Source: Lytechinus pictus (Eukaryota). From it: a stretch of DNA of 64,000 nucleotides. This document shows positions 14,181 to 28,900 of this stretch, piece after piece. The position numbers were made by a program, and so were the translations under genes. Within the stretch, counting starts at the first letter, position 1. The number at the start of each line of letters is the position of its first letter. Below the pieces are notes generated by a model. The model was not told the origin of the DNA. It was given only the letters and a program-made list of their open reading frames with translations, and ran no database searches. The DNA lies in NCBI RefSeq assembly GCF_037042905.1, contig NC_087251.1, positions 13,082,001 to 13,146,000 on the forward strand, written 5' to 3'.

Positions 14181-16149
14181 TGTGTGTCCCTTATGTATAT
14201 CAAAATTATGAAATCCTAGAATCTGCTCCTCGTTTATAATGTTATTTTTAAACCATGACACCTTTAAACTCAATTCTTCATCCTTGAAAGACACGAAAGA
14301 ACTTCAATGATTCATCTTACTTGTCTACCCCCCGGTCACAATATTCACAAATACAGCCTATAAACTGTAAGTTGAAAGAAATTTGATGAGTTAAGAAAAT
14401 ATATATCGTGTGTAAGTAGGGTGCCACCATAGACTATTGGGCAACCACCCTTCATGATCTTTTACGTGATTAGAATAAAAATATAATTTGAAATGAAAGG
14501 AGAAGAACAGGAGCAATGAAAAAAAAAACATGAAACTCTTTTTTCATTTAGAAAAGTAATTATGAAATCTCCTTTGGCCTACCCCCCTCTCAAATATAAT
14601 GACCCCGCCCCTACCATAAATGCTTGATGTCGCTAGTACTGATCAATAAAATGGGGGCGGGGTGTTATGTTGTAAATTTTTTTAAACAAAAAATGTTTTA
14701 TTAAGAGTTTGTCCTTATGCTTATAACAACAATTATGACGAATTTGTTAGATGTGATAAACCTAGGTACGGATTTCCTCAAGGACATCAGTGACGATTTT
14801 GACCCATTGCTTTATATAGATATACTTGAATCTTTCGTCATTTAACTTTTGAATAATTAGATTATTATTATGCCTTACTTAATTCATTTACAATCCATCT
14901 GATCACGTTAATACTACTTTAAAAATTATACCATAATGAAATGACGCAATAGACGAGAAGATTGAAGTAAAATGTCTGATACCGTTTGATCCGACCGTAG
15001 CCCCCCCCCCCCCCGCCTCAAAGAAGATGTTTACTGTATTTCACTTTTGAAAATATCTTCCTATATGCATTGATCGATCTTCGTTTGTTGGGTGAATGTG
15101 CATCACAGGCCGGTATCAAAGCCGAACTCATAGTTTATCCCGACTTCGTACTCGTGTATGTCCGGAACAAACGAATCGGCGGTCGTGACCCCAGGATGGG
15201 TTGTCGGGGAACCGAATAATGCCTTTTGTTTGATTCGTGACTCATCGATTACCTACATCAAATACAAAATATAAAGTCCACATCGCGTGGTATGCAAAGT
15301 GGGAGAATTATATAAAGTGAAAGAAGGATGAATAATTTGGTGATAAATTTGGACTCATTAATGACTCTGTGAACCGGATAGAATGACCAACATGACGAAA
15401 ATGGCTTGGAAATGGCTTTGTACGCAAAGTAGGCATCTCTGTCATTTGCCCTTCTTGAGAGTGGGAAAGGAAGGCAGACAGGAATATAAAAGAGAGAGCG
15501 ACAGAGACAAAGACAAAGAAAGACAGAGGGTGGGTGGAATGGGTGATGGGTCTACCCTCATTTGAGAGATAGTTGGGGCAGAGAATTTTAGAGAGAATAT
15601 AACTCACGAAAGAGCAATTGGCTGTAGAGGTGCAGAAATAAGTCAGAAAATAAAAAAGTCATACTTCAAAAGTTTAAACGATGACGAACTTTATTAGGTA
15701 TTCAGTCGCATACCTTATCAACATTGTTTTTGGCTAATATTTTCATTAGGTTGCCCGGCCCAGCTTACTTTTTAGCCACCCTCAACATAGCTTGTCTAAA
15801 GCTCAGCTTGCTCAGGGACCCAATCGCTGTCATCGCCCTTAAATTTGACGATAGAATATCGGCAAGTTTAGGAGTCAATGTCCGCTCTTGAAACTAAGGC
15901 GGTTTCTCCCGAATTACACCATAAGCCCTCCCCGCAGCTAGCCGATATTTTGTCTTCAAAGTGAGGCGACATAATACCAGTGATGTATTCAAAAGGAACA
16001 ACAAATTGATATTACTTTTCAGGAGGGGCATGATTTACTTTCATAATGAAAACGTAACATGTCACGACCATGAATAACAATGAAAATGTTAACCGTCTCC
16101 CTAAGTTTCAATAACGTCCTTTTCTGTATTAACAGAGCTGAAGACGAAA

Positions 16150-16350
16150 TATTGTTCCTCCAATTCGTTTGATGTCGACGCACGCGCGCGCTCGCACGTC
16201 TGCTAACAAAATATCGTCTGCAACGATTACACAGCGCAGACTCAGGAATAGCGAGAAGCTTTTTGCTCACAATTTTTTTTTTCTCCCAGCGCGAGCAAGC
16301 TCCAATAAATCACTACTGATCATTTTTCTCTGGGCAGACATCAGTCATCA
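16150..16350 (+). promoter_or_regulatory. Candidate core promoter (CpG-rich, CCAAT at 16302, TCAGTC initiator at 16341)
   Basis: GCACGCGCGCGCTCGCACG run (~16190), CCAAT and an Inr-like TCAGT, followed by ~600 nt of UTR-like sequence ending in a G|GTATGT donor. Confidence 0.45.
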
Positions 16351-16944
16351 CTTCGTTCCATGTCGATGCAAACCGGCTCGGAATCAACCTGAATGGATTG
16401 AGTGGAATTAGTCACACCTTTATAAGCTTGGGATCTAACCAACTGACCGCGGCCAGATTTTCTTCAATATATCAACACCTGCAACTGGATTTTTAGAGGA
16501 CAATTTTCCCTCACCGAACTCAAGGCAAGAGAGAAACTCCACCAGAAATGTCATCAATCAGTTCACTCGAGTGAATCGTACAAAAATATATTAATCTCAT
16601 TACAAAAAGTACACACATTGTTTGCAGTCGAATTTCTGTTGGCAAATATGAAATTCCAAGAGTGTGTGGGTCAAAACTAAAAAAATATTTTCAAAGGAAA
16701 TAATTTTGTATGACAGTTTCACGCTTCGGTTGGTCAGCTCGGGTCTGGAGAGGGTTAGCTGGAATATCAACTGCTTGCTGTCGCGATCGGACGCCAGTCA
16801 TTCGGCTGGAAAGTGGCAGAAACAAAGCGGTGTTTCCCGCAGACGTGGATATTGTGCCTGTGGTTCCTATTTGCATTTAAACGGAAATATCACGGTAACC
16901 AGGTTGGAAATCTTACAAGTTGCTGAAAACGAGGAATATTTCCG
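16343..16944 (+). other. Candidate non-coding first exon (5' UTR), possibly of the EGF/TM gene
   Basis: Runs from the Inr to donor GTATGT at 16945; contains only short uORFs; the gene's ATG exon has an acceptor that needs an upstream exon. Confidence 0.4.
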
Positions 16945-19900
16945 GTATGTATCATCTATTACCATAATCGGTCTACTATTCATAATTATGTCCAAGTAGT
17001 TACACAGACTCCTGATAATTAGGCCTATATGAAGCCTAAAACCCCTAATTACAATGATACGTCATGAGCTAAAATCATACATAATTCACAAACTTCAATT
17101 CCAGCATGCAAAGAAGATATTTCCCAATTTTATCAATGTAGGCCTATAGGCCTACATGGCAAGGCGAGATATAGCTCTTTTAAAAAATATTTTGCGGTTA
17201 ATAGCCAGAAATAATGATTTCATGAGTCATTTACGAAGTAAAATCTGTATTCATTGTTTGCAAATGATAGTTATCTTTGATTCTCGTTTAAAGCAAACAT
17301 GATTTACCTCAGCCATTAACATTTCACAACACTGTTCATTTAGCAGGCCAGGCATGGAGGAGGCTGTTGATTTATGACATGTAGTTTCAAAGGTATATTT
17401 GGGAAATAAATATTTGCATTTGGAGCTCTGAAAATGAACCCGATAAACAAGATTACCATATGAACTATATTAATATGGTATGGATGGAATCCAGATACGA
17501 CTCAATGGATTTTACATCTTAGGTCAGTTGCTGATGAAAATGAAATTGAGAACTCATTGGCACTAATTCTCCGTTTCTCGTTCTGTTGCTTCAGCAATGG
17601 GCTTCGTATGGTGCTTGAATATAGTTTAAATATGTCGTTACTAGATGGAATAAATCGTGAAAGCATCGAAGAAGTTTTATTTCTTTGGTCATACAAATAC
17701 AAATAGGTATGAAACTGCCTTTAATCTAGTTTACATGCCGAAAGAAGCAAACCGTCTAACATTAACCCTTACGGTGACCCTCTAGCGAAACAAATGTCAT
17801 CATTCAGTTCATCACTGCCAATTACGCCATCTAGTAATTTAGGTTTATGGGCTTAATACACTCCAGCCTTGTGTAGTTAAACCAACTATAGGTCTAATTC
17901 AAATGACCTCATTCAGTTATACATGCATCGATCAGCCTCCTTAATGAGATCTACTCGATCACTGTCAATAGTTCCAGGGCTGTGTTTCGTGACGTTAATT
18001 TTATGAACGACTTGACATCGCATAAATACTGATTTCCATATAAAAAATATTCAAGTATGTTATGACAGAATATTTGTCAATAATGAAAACGTTTTTATCA
18101 GCATCCTAATGTTTCAAATTAGACTATATTGCAATTCTCAATATCAGAAGGATCGCATTTCAAATGTGATTATTCAAATATTGCATAAAATTGTACCTAA
18201 ACTAACGAAAAGCGTTGTGAAACCAGTCCTGACTGAGCGTCTGTTTTAATGTCATGTTTAATCATAACCCAGTCTGGTTGAGGTATCTTGCTGTTCAGTA
18301 CATTTGTATCAAGCTGAATGTCATTTGTGTAAACATAGAAGCCAAGTCATTATCGTGATCACAATGCATGGATTCCGCATGATAATAAGAATTGAAACGT
18401 GAATATCATGTGTTGCAAAACCGGTTTAATGTCTGTGCACTTTCTTTGAAAATGATAAGTTAATGTGATGCTTGCGGCTTCATTTTGCCATCAACTTGTA
18501 TTAGCTATTGTATAATACGTGATCAGATGATATCATAGGAAGGTACAAATGTCATCGCAATCATCACAGCCGAAAATTCTTTGCTTGCAAGCAACCAAAT
18601 AAATAAGGTATTATCACCATGGCTGAATAGAAATGAAAAGATTGCAACATTTTCCACGTAGACCTATATGATAAACCTTAAAGTTAATAACCCATAACTA
18701 ATATATCATGTATCTCATGCTATTCAAAGATTCATGGTAAACATATTTGTAAACATTCTTTTAGCTTTATGCTGACCTTGTTGAATTTACCATTCTGACT
18801 TGTCAGACAATCGCCAAGGATCAATCTATTTTTAAATTACATCCTCTCGATTTCTTTCATCAAAACGACTTCGATAATTATCTCTCATCGATTAGCTTCG
18901 CTGCCATCGCCACAAAATAAAGGAGTCTTAATGATGTGTTCGTCGAGAGATCGTATGGAGTATAGAATCCTGCAAACCTTCCCGCGTTCAAATTCTTGTT
19001 AATTTCCCCTAAAATTTGATAAATTGTCTCCCCGTTGAATTAGCGCAGGAAATGTAACTATATGAAGCTACCCGACAATATTATATTGGCAGGTTGTGTG
19101 ACATGTCCCAGAATGAATATAGCGTCGATTGATGGCGATGATGATTGTCATTGGGGTATCTGGAACAAGAAATTATACCAGGTTATTCAAAATTGGACTG
19201 AAAGGTATCTAGAAAATTGTTGAAATTTACATTGAGGCATGAGGTCATTTCGGACAGAACTATGGTGTGGCTTCCAAAAATACAAATCATATCTCTTTCC
19301 GATCAATATCATGATATTGATATGATAGCAAAGTTATTGTAACTGTATAAAGGGCCTAGATAATGGGGAAAGATTATTTCGTGTGCCAACAGGTTTTTAC
19401 AGAATTGCTTATCAATTCGATTTCGAAAAAGTCTTAAAATCTTTGTCAACATATTTATGAGCGCCATTATAAAAGAAAGATGTGTGTTAAGGGGAAGACC
19501 GTGTTACAAGCAAAAGAGAAGGGAGAAATGAGTTTGGATACTAATAGGGTAGAAAAACTATTATTTTGTTATTATTTTGAACCACGTTAAGATGATCATA
19601 AAACAATTGTGGTATATAACAAGAAATCTCATGTTCAATTTCTTTTCCGTACATAACTTAGTTCTCGGGTGAAAACATATATTTCAATATGTCGTGCATG
19701 TGAGCAGTTTCCACACATTCCGTACAGATTACCACTGTCACAGCACGAGTTTTTTAGTTTTAATTGCTTTGTTGTTTACACACAGAGTGCTTGCAGTGTT
19801 ACTGTAAAAAGTAATTTGCGAGTGTAATTAATCAATCAATATAATATTGAATGCGAGTACTGCTCACGACTTTTTGCATAAAGAAATAATTAGTCATTGT

Positions 19901-20184
19901 TGCGATTGTAGAAATTCTATTGATTTATTTATTCATAAATGTCATTCAAAATTCATGGGTGTGGAAATTCAAGTCAACTTTGCGACCAAAAAAATGGGTA
20001 TCAACTTTTAAAGTAAACAAATTAGCTTGTAGATTGTGGCTGAAAATAGCAACACCTTAACCTCGATGCTAGCTAGAAGTTAGAACCACTAATCAAATTT
20101 TGATTCGACCAGGGAGTGGTAATTATTCTTTTTGGCAAGATTTTCGAGAGTGATTTTGCAAGATGGAAAGTGTGTATGAGAGTG

Positions 20185-20560
20185 GATTGAAGAGAGAGAG
20201 TGGGAAGTTGAGGGAGGGGAGAAGAAAGAAAGCGAAGGTGGAGAAGGGGAGAGAGAAAGATAGGACGAGACAAACACGAGACTCACTCACACACACACAC
20301 ACACACACCCACCCTCACATATCATAAACGAAAACCATCTCCTTCACACACTCCCTCCCGCCCATCGTAGTCCTCATCACTACACCCACACACGCTCAAT
20401 CACACTCACACACCATCACGCACACTCATAAACGCACACCCTCTAACACCACTCCCACCCTCCTGTCCATCTTTGTCCTCATCACCATACATGTAAACCA
20501 TTGTTCACATGCAATTCTCACAAATTCACACTTTCAGACACCACTTCCCACCTCCTTATA
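20185..20560. repeat. GA-rich then (CA)n low-complexity region with a short internal direct repeat (GTCCTCATCAC twice)
   Basis: Direct reading. Confidence 0.75.
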
Positions 20561-23500
20561 CAATGACCATTGCAATGACTCACATTTTACATTTTACGTA
20601 TAAACAGTAAAATATCACGAGACATGGAATGTATCCCATACGTTCAAAATATCAGTGATGAAAGAATGCAAATATTGCCGGAATAAAATCAGCACACCCC
20701 CATCCATATCCTTTGCTCCTAATGGTCTTGATATTCTTTTTAATATATCTATACTGCAATTGACCCTCAAATAACTTTACGGGTGTACCATAATTATTTA
20801 ACACAATATAACTTGAAAAAATCTCACCTTAGGTCTCGTGTCGTATTTTCTCGACCGAAATATGAAGTAATAATTCGCTCTGCTGAGTATCTTCCCATGG
20901 ATGTTTTTTATTGTGCCCCTATTGTTCCCATATTCTTCATATTTATATAATTGGCACAATGTCGTTCATGACATGCTTCAAGCTCTGGTAGGTCGATTTA
21001 TCTGTCTTTCATGATAGTTCTTTATGGTATCGCTCTCTTAAATCCCAAGGTTAATTGTAAAATTTCTTCCATACCATGGTTGAATTTGTAAATGTGTACT
21101 TCTCAACAATACACGGAGCATGTCTCTGAAAACATTTTAGGTCATACCAATTGTATGAAATAAATTTGCTAAACTTAGGAGTGACCTTGAAGTATGAAAT
21201 GACTTTGTACTATACACACCAACCCCTTTTGGTGAGACGTCCAATGATTAATATCGTTTGGAAATGATACAATAAAAAAAATGTCAGCAAATTCATCATT
21301 CTCAGTGTTTGCTCATATATGCTCCGTTGTTTGTTGTGAAATCCTTTTCATCTTATCGAGTTGGATATAAAAATCTCAGATGTTTATGTATGACGAGTCA
21401 TTTACCGCAGAATGAAAGGAATTGGAATTCTTCTCGGATGTACGAGTTTTCGTGAATTACTGCCCGGTTCCCAATCCGATATCTTGTACTTGTACAATTC
21501 ATTTAGCTTGTGCATTGTGTGGTTTCTAACAAAGTATGGCTTCTTTGAAAATGGTTCTCAATCATTCATAAAATTTCGAGATATTAACATACTGTGTTTT
21601 GACTCATCCACATTAACGATTCTTAGCGGAATCGAATTCAATATATTGATGTCATAATTATGGATATTTGAAATTTGATATTCATTTCTATTTTCTATTT
21701 TATTAAAAATAACCACATTTTCAAAATGCTTATCATCATGCTTATGTATGTAACATGCGACTTGTGCGATACACGCTGTGTAAAAATAATAATATTCAAT
21801 GTTGAATAGAGGTCCATGAAGGCAAATCAAATTATTTTACACCATATATAGACAAAAAACGTACAGTGATATTTACTTAATGCGTGCATCAAATAAAAGA
21901 TACCTCCAACAAAAAGTTAATACGTATTTTTTTGTCCACTTTGTCATTCTTTACGCCACTCTGATGATATCTAATGTCCGTCTTCCATATAATGATTAAT
22001 AATTCCGTCTGTGATCATCAATTAACTATTCGTAAAATTTGTAAAAGGTAAAGTCAATCATAATATTTATTTCATATTTTATTTTTATATTGCAATAAGT
22101 TGGAAAAAAACCAACACAACACTTTGTACGAAGTAATGTATACATGTACCACATTATAGAAGTATATGTATATGACTTATGAGTGTACTACATCATTCCT
22201 GATGCCAATATCTATGTGTGATTCATAATTCCTTCTGTCATCATACCAGTGCATCACATGTCATATATTGCTTGCCTATCATCTACGAATGTCATACAAA
22301 AGTGAGAAACGTTTCCTGTTGTTATTAGCACGGTCTAATTCAATTTACAGTCCACCTTCCTCTCATATCATAGTCACTGGTAATAGGAAGTTTCTTCCGA
22401 ATCTTGTCAATTTTTGTCTGATAATTCTGCTTGAAATTGAAGTTTATTGTTTGATCCTGAATGATTGACGTTGATTGATTTTAAAATGATTAAAAGGTGC
22501 TATACTGTTGATCATAATTATGTTTTAACAATTTTAACTCCTTGATTTTATAACTTTATCAAAAGAATCAAATAAGTTCATTAGTGTCCTCGCACGTTTC
22601 ATCAATAAAATGCCATGATATGAGCTAGAAAAATACATGCCCAAGAGTTAAGTCAAAATTGCTTACATATAAAAGCAATTTTATTCAAGTCAGTGAGTAC
22701 AATAAGGACGAAACTTGAAAAAAAAAATTTAGTGATAAATGTATACCTGGATTTTTTTTTAAATCCAGACTTCTTTTTTGCATTTGTCCTATTACAATCG
22801 TGAAATACTTATCCAGCACGGGATGCATGATTTTTGTTTAGAAACGCATTACACAGTTGCATTGCTTCTCTTTCCATTCTCTTTTTTTTAATCCTTATTC
22901 CCTTTGTATTTTGACCCATTCTTATTTAATCACTTGAAAATTTATGGGAGGCGACACACACTGCCCCATGTAGAGCTGCTCCTGATTAAAGTCGTTCGGA
23001 AACACTTCCTCTTTCATTTGACGCTAATACACTTTCCAGTGTGGCCGTGATCGGTGCTTCTAGAAACACGTCCGCTTTGACTTTGAGCATATTCGTAATT
23101 CTGTATCTACTTGTTAATCGGAATTCTCAATCAAAAAGGATAAATTATTGCTTATGTTGGATGTTTTGTTGTAATTTTGATGTATTTAGCACGTGTGAGG
23201 TCAATAAGTCGTGCTATCTTATTTGTACATTTTAATCGGTCGTAACTACTGGGAGTCTGGGATTTTTCAAATCAGTTCGACATTGAATATGACATTTGAA
23301 TAAAAAGATTAATCTTATCAATTTTAAAGAATTTCAATGCAATGCATGGTTAGAGATACAAAATCGATCAAAATTCATTATAAAGATGTGCATGAAAAAA
23401 TCTGGTGCTACATGTAAAGATCTCGATCATCTCGTAAATGTAATGCTATTGGAATGCACATTTTGATTTGAGTTTATCTACGCATACTAAATCATATCAT

Positions 23501-23689
23501 GGAATATATATTGATAAACAAAATTACGTGTAATTTGCAAAGCCTGTATTGTGTGTAGAGAGTAAAATCGTTCACATAATAATTAGAAATAAAACTTGAG
23601 ATGTTTTTTTTTTAATCCATATTTTATTGTTCGAAATAGACATGAAATGAAATACTCCAAAAATTTGCTTTGCCCAATTGATCGTGGGC

Positions 23690-23867
23690 CCGGCAGCCGC
23701 TATGCAGCGCCAGATCGACGAGGCTCTATCCCTTTAATCCTTGAACGCCAAACAAGGGTAGCAGCAACTCCCATCTTTTAACGTCTTTTGGTCTGACGCG
23801 GCCGGGGTTTGAACCCCGACCTCCCGGTTGTGAGACGGACGCTCTACCAACTGAGCCAACACACCGG
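23690..23867 (-). mobile_element. tRNA-derived SINE (tRNA-like head, 3' part apparently truncated)
   Basis: Minus strand reads CCGGTGTGTTGGCTCAGTTGGTAGAGCG...GGTTCAAACCCCGGCC (A and B boxes), then a non-tRNA body; lower boundary approximate. Confidence 0.8.
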
Positions 23868-23947
23868 ATTTATAGAATTTCTTAAATCCTTTAACCTTTT
23901 ATAATTCCATAACACTCGCTGAATCGCATGCCTTGTGTAGAACAATA

Positions 23948-24302
23948 AAAATAATAATAATAATAATAACCAATTTTTATATAGCGCTTTTCCCTGAATG
24001 GCTCAAAGCGCGTTACAGCATATTATTACCCCGGTCATTGGATTCATTTCAATCCCGCACGAAAAGTGCACAATTTCCACTCCCTGGGGAGCATTCCTTG
24101 CATTCATCGCAGCCTCATTATGGCGCTGGCAAAATCAAACATACAATATATTTCGCATCCTACCGGGTACCCATTTAGCACCTGGGTCGAGAGTGGCAAA
24201 GTGTGGATTAACGCCTTGCCAAAGGACGCTAGACCGCGGTGGGATTCGAACACACGACCCTCTGTTTACAAGGTGAGAGTCAGAACCACTACACCACGGC
24301 TC
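23948..24302 (-). mobile_element. Full-length tRNA-derived SINE with L2-type 3' tail and (TTA)n end
   Basis: Minus strand: GAGCCGTGGTGTAGTGG (A box), GTTCGAATCCC (B box), core CCCAGGTGCTAAATGGGTACC, tail GCGCTTTGAGCC...AGCGCTATATAAAA..(TTA)n. Confidence 0.88.
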
Positions 24303-25510
24303 TTCCAAATTAAAAATAATCAAATAAGGTGTTACATTAATATTTTTCTTTTTTATATCTTTATAGTCATATCATACTGGGTTTCTACTTAATTTTATTT
24401 GGAGATCATGGTAATTTTTTCTCAGAGAGAATACTGACTGACAATTTCAATAATTATGATATATAATCCCCCAACCCTGCCAACGTAATCATATTGATCT
24501 CGCTTATGATTTCGTATGCAGTTTGGGACGCACTTAGAGGTACATGTTAGTAGAAAAGGGCACTCCTCCCAATTCCAGCTTCCCAAGAGGGTGGGTCGAC
24601 CCACGATAGGGCGCTTAGCTCATCACTCCATATTTCCTCGTGTTAACCCGTAAATTATTACCAAGTATGGAACTGAACGGATCACTCGACACCAAGATTA
24701 AATCACATGATATCAAATCAAAATGGGGGCGTGGGGGCAGCACCGATATGCTCATGATTGTGTACACTGCGTTAACATCATTGGCATGTGTGGACCAGAC
24801 ACGGGGGGGGGGTCCAGGTATATGTTCTATTAAAATATGTTATATGTATGTTATATTAAAATATGATACGCTTAACGACAATATCATTTTAATCAAAAAT
24901 TGAAATTAGTAACCAACAGATATTAGGGCTTTATATCTAAGGTGTGATCCAGGACGGATGCCAGACGAATCACCGGTAGCCATGATGAGCAACTCAGTGT
25001 ATCATCCTCTACCATTATTGCATACTGTAATTAAAATGTTAAATGAATTTTGGTTGGAGAACTGTGGAATACATCTTACTTTTCAAGCGTTATGTTTTTA
25101 TCCATTTCTTCTTTTACCATTTCTTATTCGCCATTCAACACCTGCCGCATGTGGTACCTGCCCATGTACCCCCTCCTTATCGCTTCGACACCTGATAAAG
25201 TTACTAATATCTTTCCTTCAAAAATCAGTATTTGATTCGAAGTCATTCAATTATATTTAACTCATTTGAATTCACATGCATTTGTTTGTCTGGGTTAACC
25301 CCTTAAAGACAATTCCCCAAGAGTTTTCGCCAGTTAGGAAACTATTTTTTAACATAAAACGGAACTTTACAGGAAATTTGTCCTGTATTTTTTGCAAAGC
25401 AGTTAAAAGTCTACATCTTGAGGATAATCAAGAATTTTCGCACACCAGGCCACGTAACACAAGTTTTGTGATGAAGTGTAAATTTCAAACAACCAAAAAT
25501 TGTGATTGGT

Positions 25511-25967
25511 TCAAAGTCAAGTCCACCCCAGAAAATGTTGATTTGAATAAATAGAGAAAAATCAAACTAGCATAATGCTGAAAATTTCATCAAAATCGGA
25601 TGTAAAATAAGAAAGTTATGGCATTTTGAAGTTTCGCTTATTTTTCACAAAACAGTGATATGCAAAACTCAGTGACATGAGTCAGTCGATGATGTCCATC
25701 ACTCACTATTTTTTTGTTTTTTATTGTTTGAATTATACAATATTTCATTTTTTTACATTTTTGACGATGAGGACCATGCAGCTTGACTGAACCATATAGT
25801 ATTAAACAAAGCTCATTCCGCATGTTTTGTGAAATTAAGCGAAACTTTAAAATGTTATAACTTTCTTATTTTACAACCGATTTTGATGAAATTTTCAATA
25901 TCATGCTTGTTGGATTTTTCTCTTTTTATTCAACTCACCTTTTTGTTGGGGTGGACTTGTCCTTTAA
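25511..25967. mobile_element. Non-autonomous DNA transposon (MITE), Kolobok-like
   Basis: Long imperfect inverted repeats: CAAGTCCACCCC...AAAATTTCATCAAAATCGG vs CCGATTTTGATGAAATTTT...GGGGTGGACTTGTCCT followed by TTAA; left end slightly decayed. Confidence 0.8.
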
Positions 25968-28900
25968 TATGAACACATGTGTGCATGATCGTATTGACCA
26001 ATTATTTTTGTGTTACAGTTGCAAATTGCAGCCAGCATTTTAAAAATAAAAATTGATAATATCCATTGTGCACGAAAATGACCTGAATAAGCTTTTGTTT
26101 GCTTTTTGTATAACGTTTCAACAAAAAAATGAAAAGTAGAAGCAGGTCATCGAAAGAAGAATAAAAATTAAGATGTTCAGGGGAATATTAATTTTGATAA
26201 AGCTTTTTTTGTCGAAATTTCAAAATTAATGTCGTGAGTTACCTACAAGCCTCGCATTGATTGGCAATGTTGGCTGATACTCTTGAGAGCGAATTTATTA
26301 GCGTAAATCACCGAGATGCTTCGTGAAGTGCTCACCTAATCTCTTGATTAGTTTAAATTTAGGGAGCACCATTCTCTCTCATTCAAATAGTAAAGTGATG
26401 TGACCATGATTTAATTCTATCCCTTCTTCTAATGTGAGTAATTTGATCACCAACTCGTATTTAGCCTGCATTCACGTTTAAGACACGACATAGGGGATTG
26501 CTCTTCATCTTACACCCAAACTAGGTTTCCTTTGTTCAAGCAAACCTACGGGCTTGAAACTGAATCAAACAGTTTTTGTACTTTGGTGTTTTTCTGGCCC
26601 ATTTCGGATGGAATTCTCAGGGAATTAGAAACTCTACCGGGACACGCGGAGGAGATAGGAAAATGGGACAGGATTCGCTCCAGTGTAAATTTTCCCCTAA
26701 GAACATTAGGCTCTCGCAGCGAATGCGAAACTTTATCTGGACATGCACAATGACCGCCCAATCGCAAAAATAGGACAAGCATTTTACCCTTGGGTTTTTA
26801 TCTTCCTTCTGCATTGGTAGCCCGCCTCTATGCCAGTCAAAAAAGACGGCAAATATAGAAAGAGACAGAATAAACACGATTCAACAGCCTGATCAAATGT
26901 AATGTGTTTTCACTGCTGTAATATGTGTCACCGATTACACAATTACCACGGGAATGTGCACATTTCTCCTTCCTTTGCATCGATTCTCTCTATCTTCATT
27001 GCATTTCCCCCTTTTTTTGGTCTGCATTTTATCTCTTCTCCTTTCCATTTCTAAATCTTTATATGTTCATCCCGTTCACAGACGACTGTATGCTGTTATC
27101 AATATATGATGAGTCTTTATTATTTCCATGTATTATACCCCCTTCCATTATACATCGTCTTACCCCTCTCTCCCTCCTCCCTCTGCCACCCCTCTCCCCA
27201 TCTTCACGTTTCAAAATTCCCAAAGTTTCTTTAATAATTATTTTTTATTTAAGGGGTAAAATGTATAGATAATTCAAAATAAAATACATTCTTGTTAAGT
27301 AGCATGATGTGCAACAAACTTTCATACGGAGAAAGAGATGTTTTTACGGTTTTATCTGATTTTCCTCATCCGGGATTGTTAAGTGCAATATACTAATGTG
27401 TTTTTAGATAAAACATCTCATTATTGGAGACTTATATGAGTTCATGATGCATTACAAAATAAGTCTATCAAAAATTTGTACTTACAAAAATGTCTGAAAA
27501 ATAGTTAAAGCAAAATGATATCAAGCAGTTTCTCTGTGTAAATCAATGTACGGCTTCGAAGAGCAGTTTTTTCTCAAGTTAACGATTTTTCTGAAGAGGA
27601 TCGGTGTTCAAAAACACTTCTGGTTCGTTGAATGACGAAAGAACTAAGAAGAAAAGTTTTCTTTCTATTTGTTCAGGATCAGTGATATCAGGAGTTTTTC
27701 ATGCCGTGGTAGTGGACTTGGATTTAAGAATCGAACCTGCGATAATTACGGCTAAAATCAATGAAATTTCAAAGCATCGTATCAATGAACGTCCCAAACA
27801 ACAACAACCACGCTTGATAATGACTACTCAACCAAAACAACAATCGAATCAACCATTCAAATAAAAAAAATCAACGTGGTGGATTTGGATTACTATTTGA
27901 TTATTTGATTTCCAAGTTTGAAATATTTTTTTCCGATTGAACACCCCTTCGGGTTTTGGCCTGGACTTAAAATTAATGATGCGATCGTGATTGCCCCTTA
28001 AGTTTCCGCCACTTTGCGCAAAGTAAGGTTAATAGTGCAAAGAGAAGCCGATATAGGTACATTGATTTCAGCATTTTAAATCTTTTGAACATGAATGTCA
28101 AAAATATCGTTGGAAAGTATGACAGAAGCAGAATGAAGGTTTTCATGAATGTTTGATTTGATCTGAATGGTTTCTATTATACACCCTTCAACATTTGTCA
28201 TCCTATGTTTAAAAAGGCTTTGCGTACGTCTAATTCGTACAAACAATCCGTATGTATATGGTGTATATGGCGATAAAAAGAAAATTGAGTTAAATGAATC
28301 TCCCTTAAAAAGGCAAATGTTTCACCCAGACCTTTGGAGATCCAAGTTAATGGTTACTTTATTTCCAGCCAAGGAGACCGAGGTTTCACTCACTTAAACT
28401 GAAAACATCCCATTGCCCCACACCTACCAGCCTTGAAACTTCATCTTTTATCATTCCCGGGTATTCCCAGAACTTCTAAGCCATTCAGTAACCCAACACA
28501 GCATTAGATACGTGGTCCGAATGAATTAAATACCGAACATGTATATCAGTTGCCGCTGCAGACACACAAGATTGTAGCAATTTCCCACATGTGCATACTT
28601 TGACTGCCAAGTCTAACTTGCTTAAGTGGCTGGAGATGGGTCTGTTAAGTGGCGTCCCAGCGGTTTTTCAGGAAAGGGTGGGAGTTGAAAGAATTAGACA
28701 GGTTTAGTACAGCTTTTATAACAAAATGGGAGTTTCCCACCAAAGAGCTTTTTATTTCTCCGTTTTGTTTTACTTATCTGTTATCTAAAGGTTTTTAGAA
28801 GCTACAATTAAATTAATCGCTGTATAAGTACATAGCCTAATACGTTTCAGGCGCCTAGGCCCTATATACAAATCATTATAATCACATTTTAACCGATAAC

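Noticed and set aside
23795-23867. tRNA-Val(CAC)-like gene on the minus strand
   Set aside because: Imperfect stems, and it continues into a SINE-like body rather than a terminator; treated as a SINE head
23933-26877. Clusters of overlapping ORFs at 23933-24392 and 26532-26877
   Set aside because: They lie in a SINE and a GC-richer repeat-like block; no protein motifs
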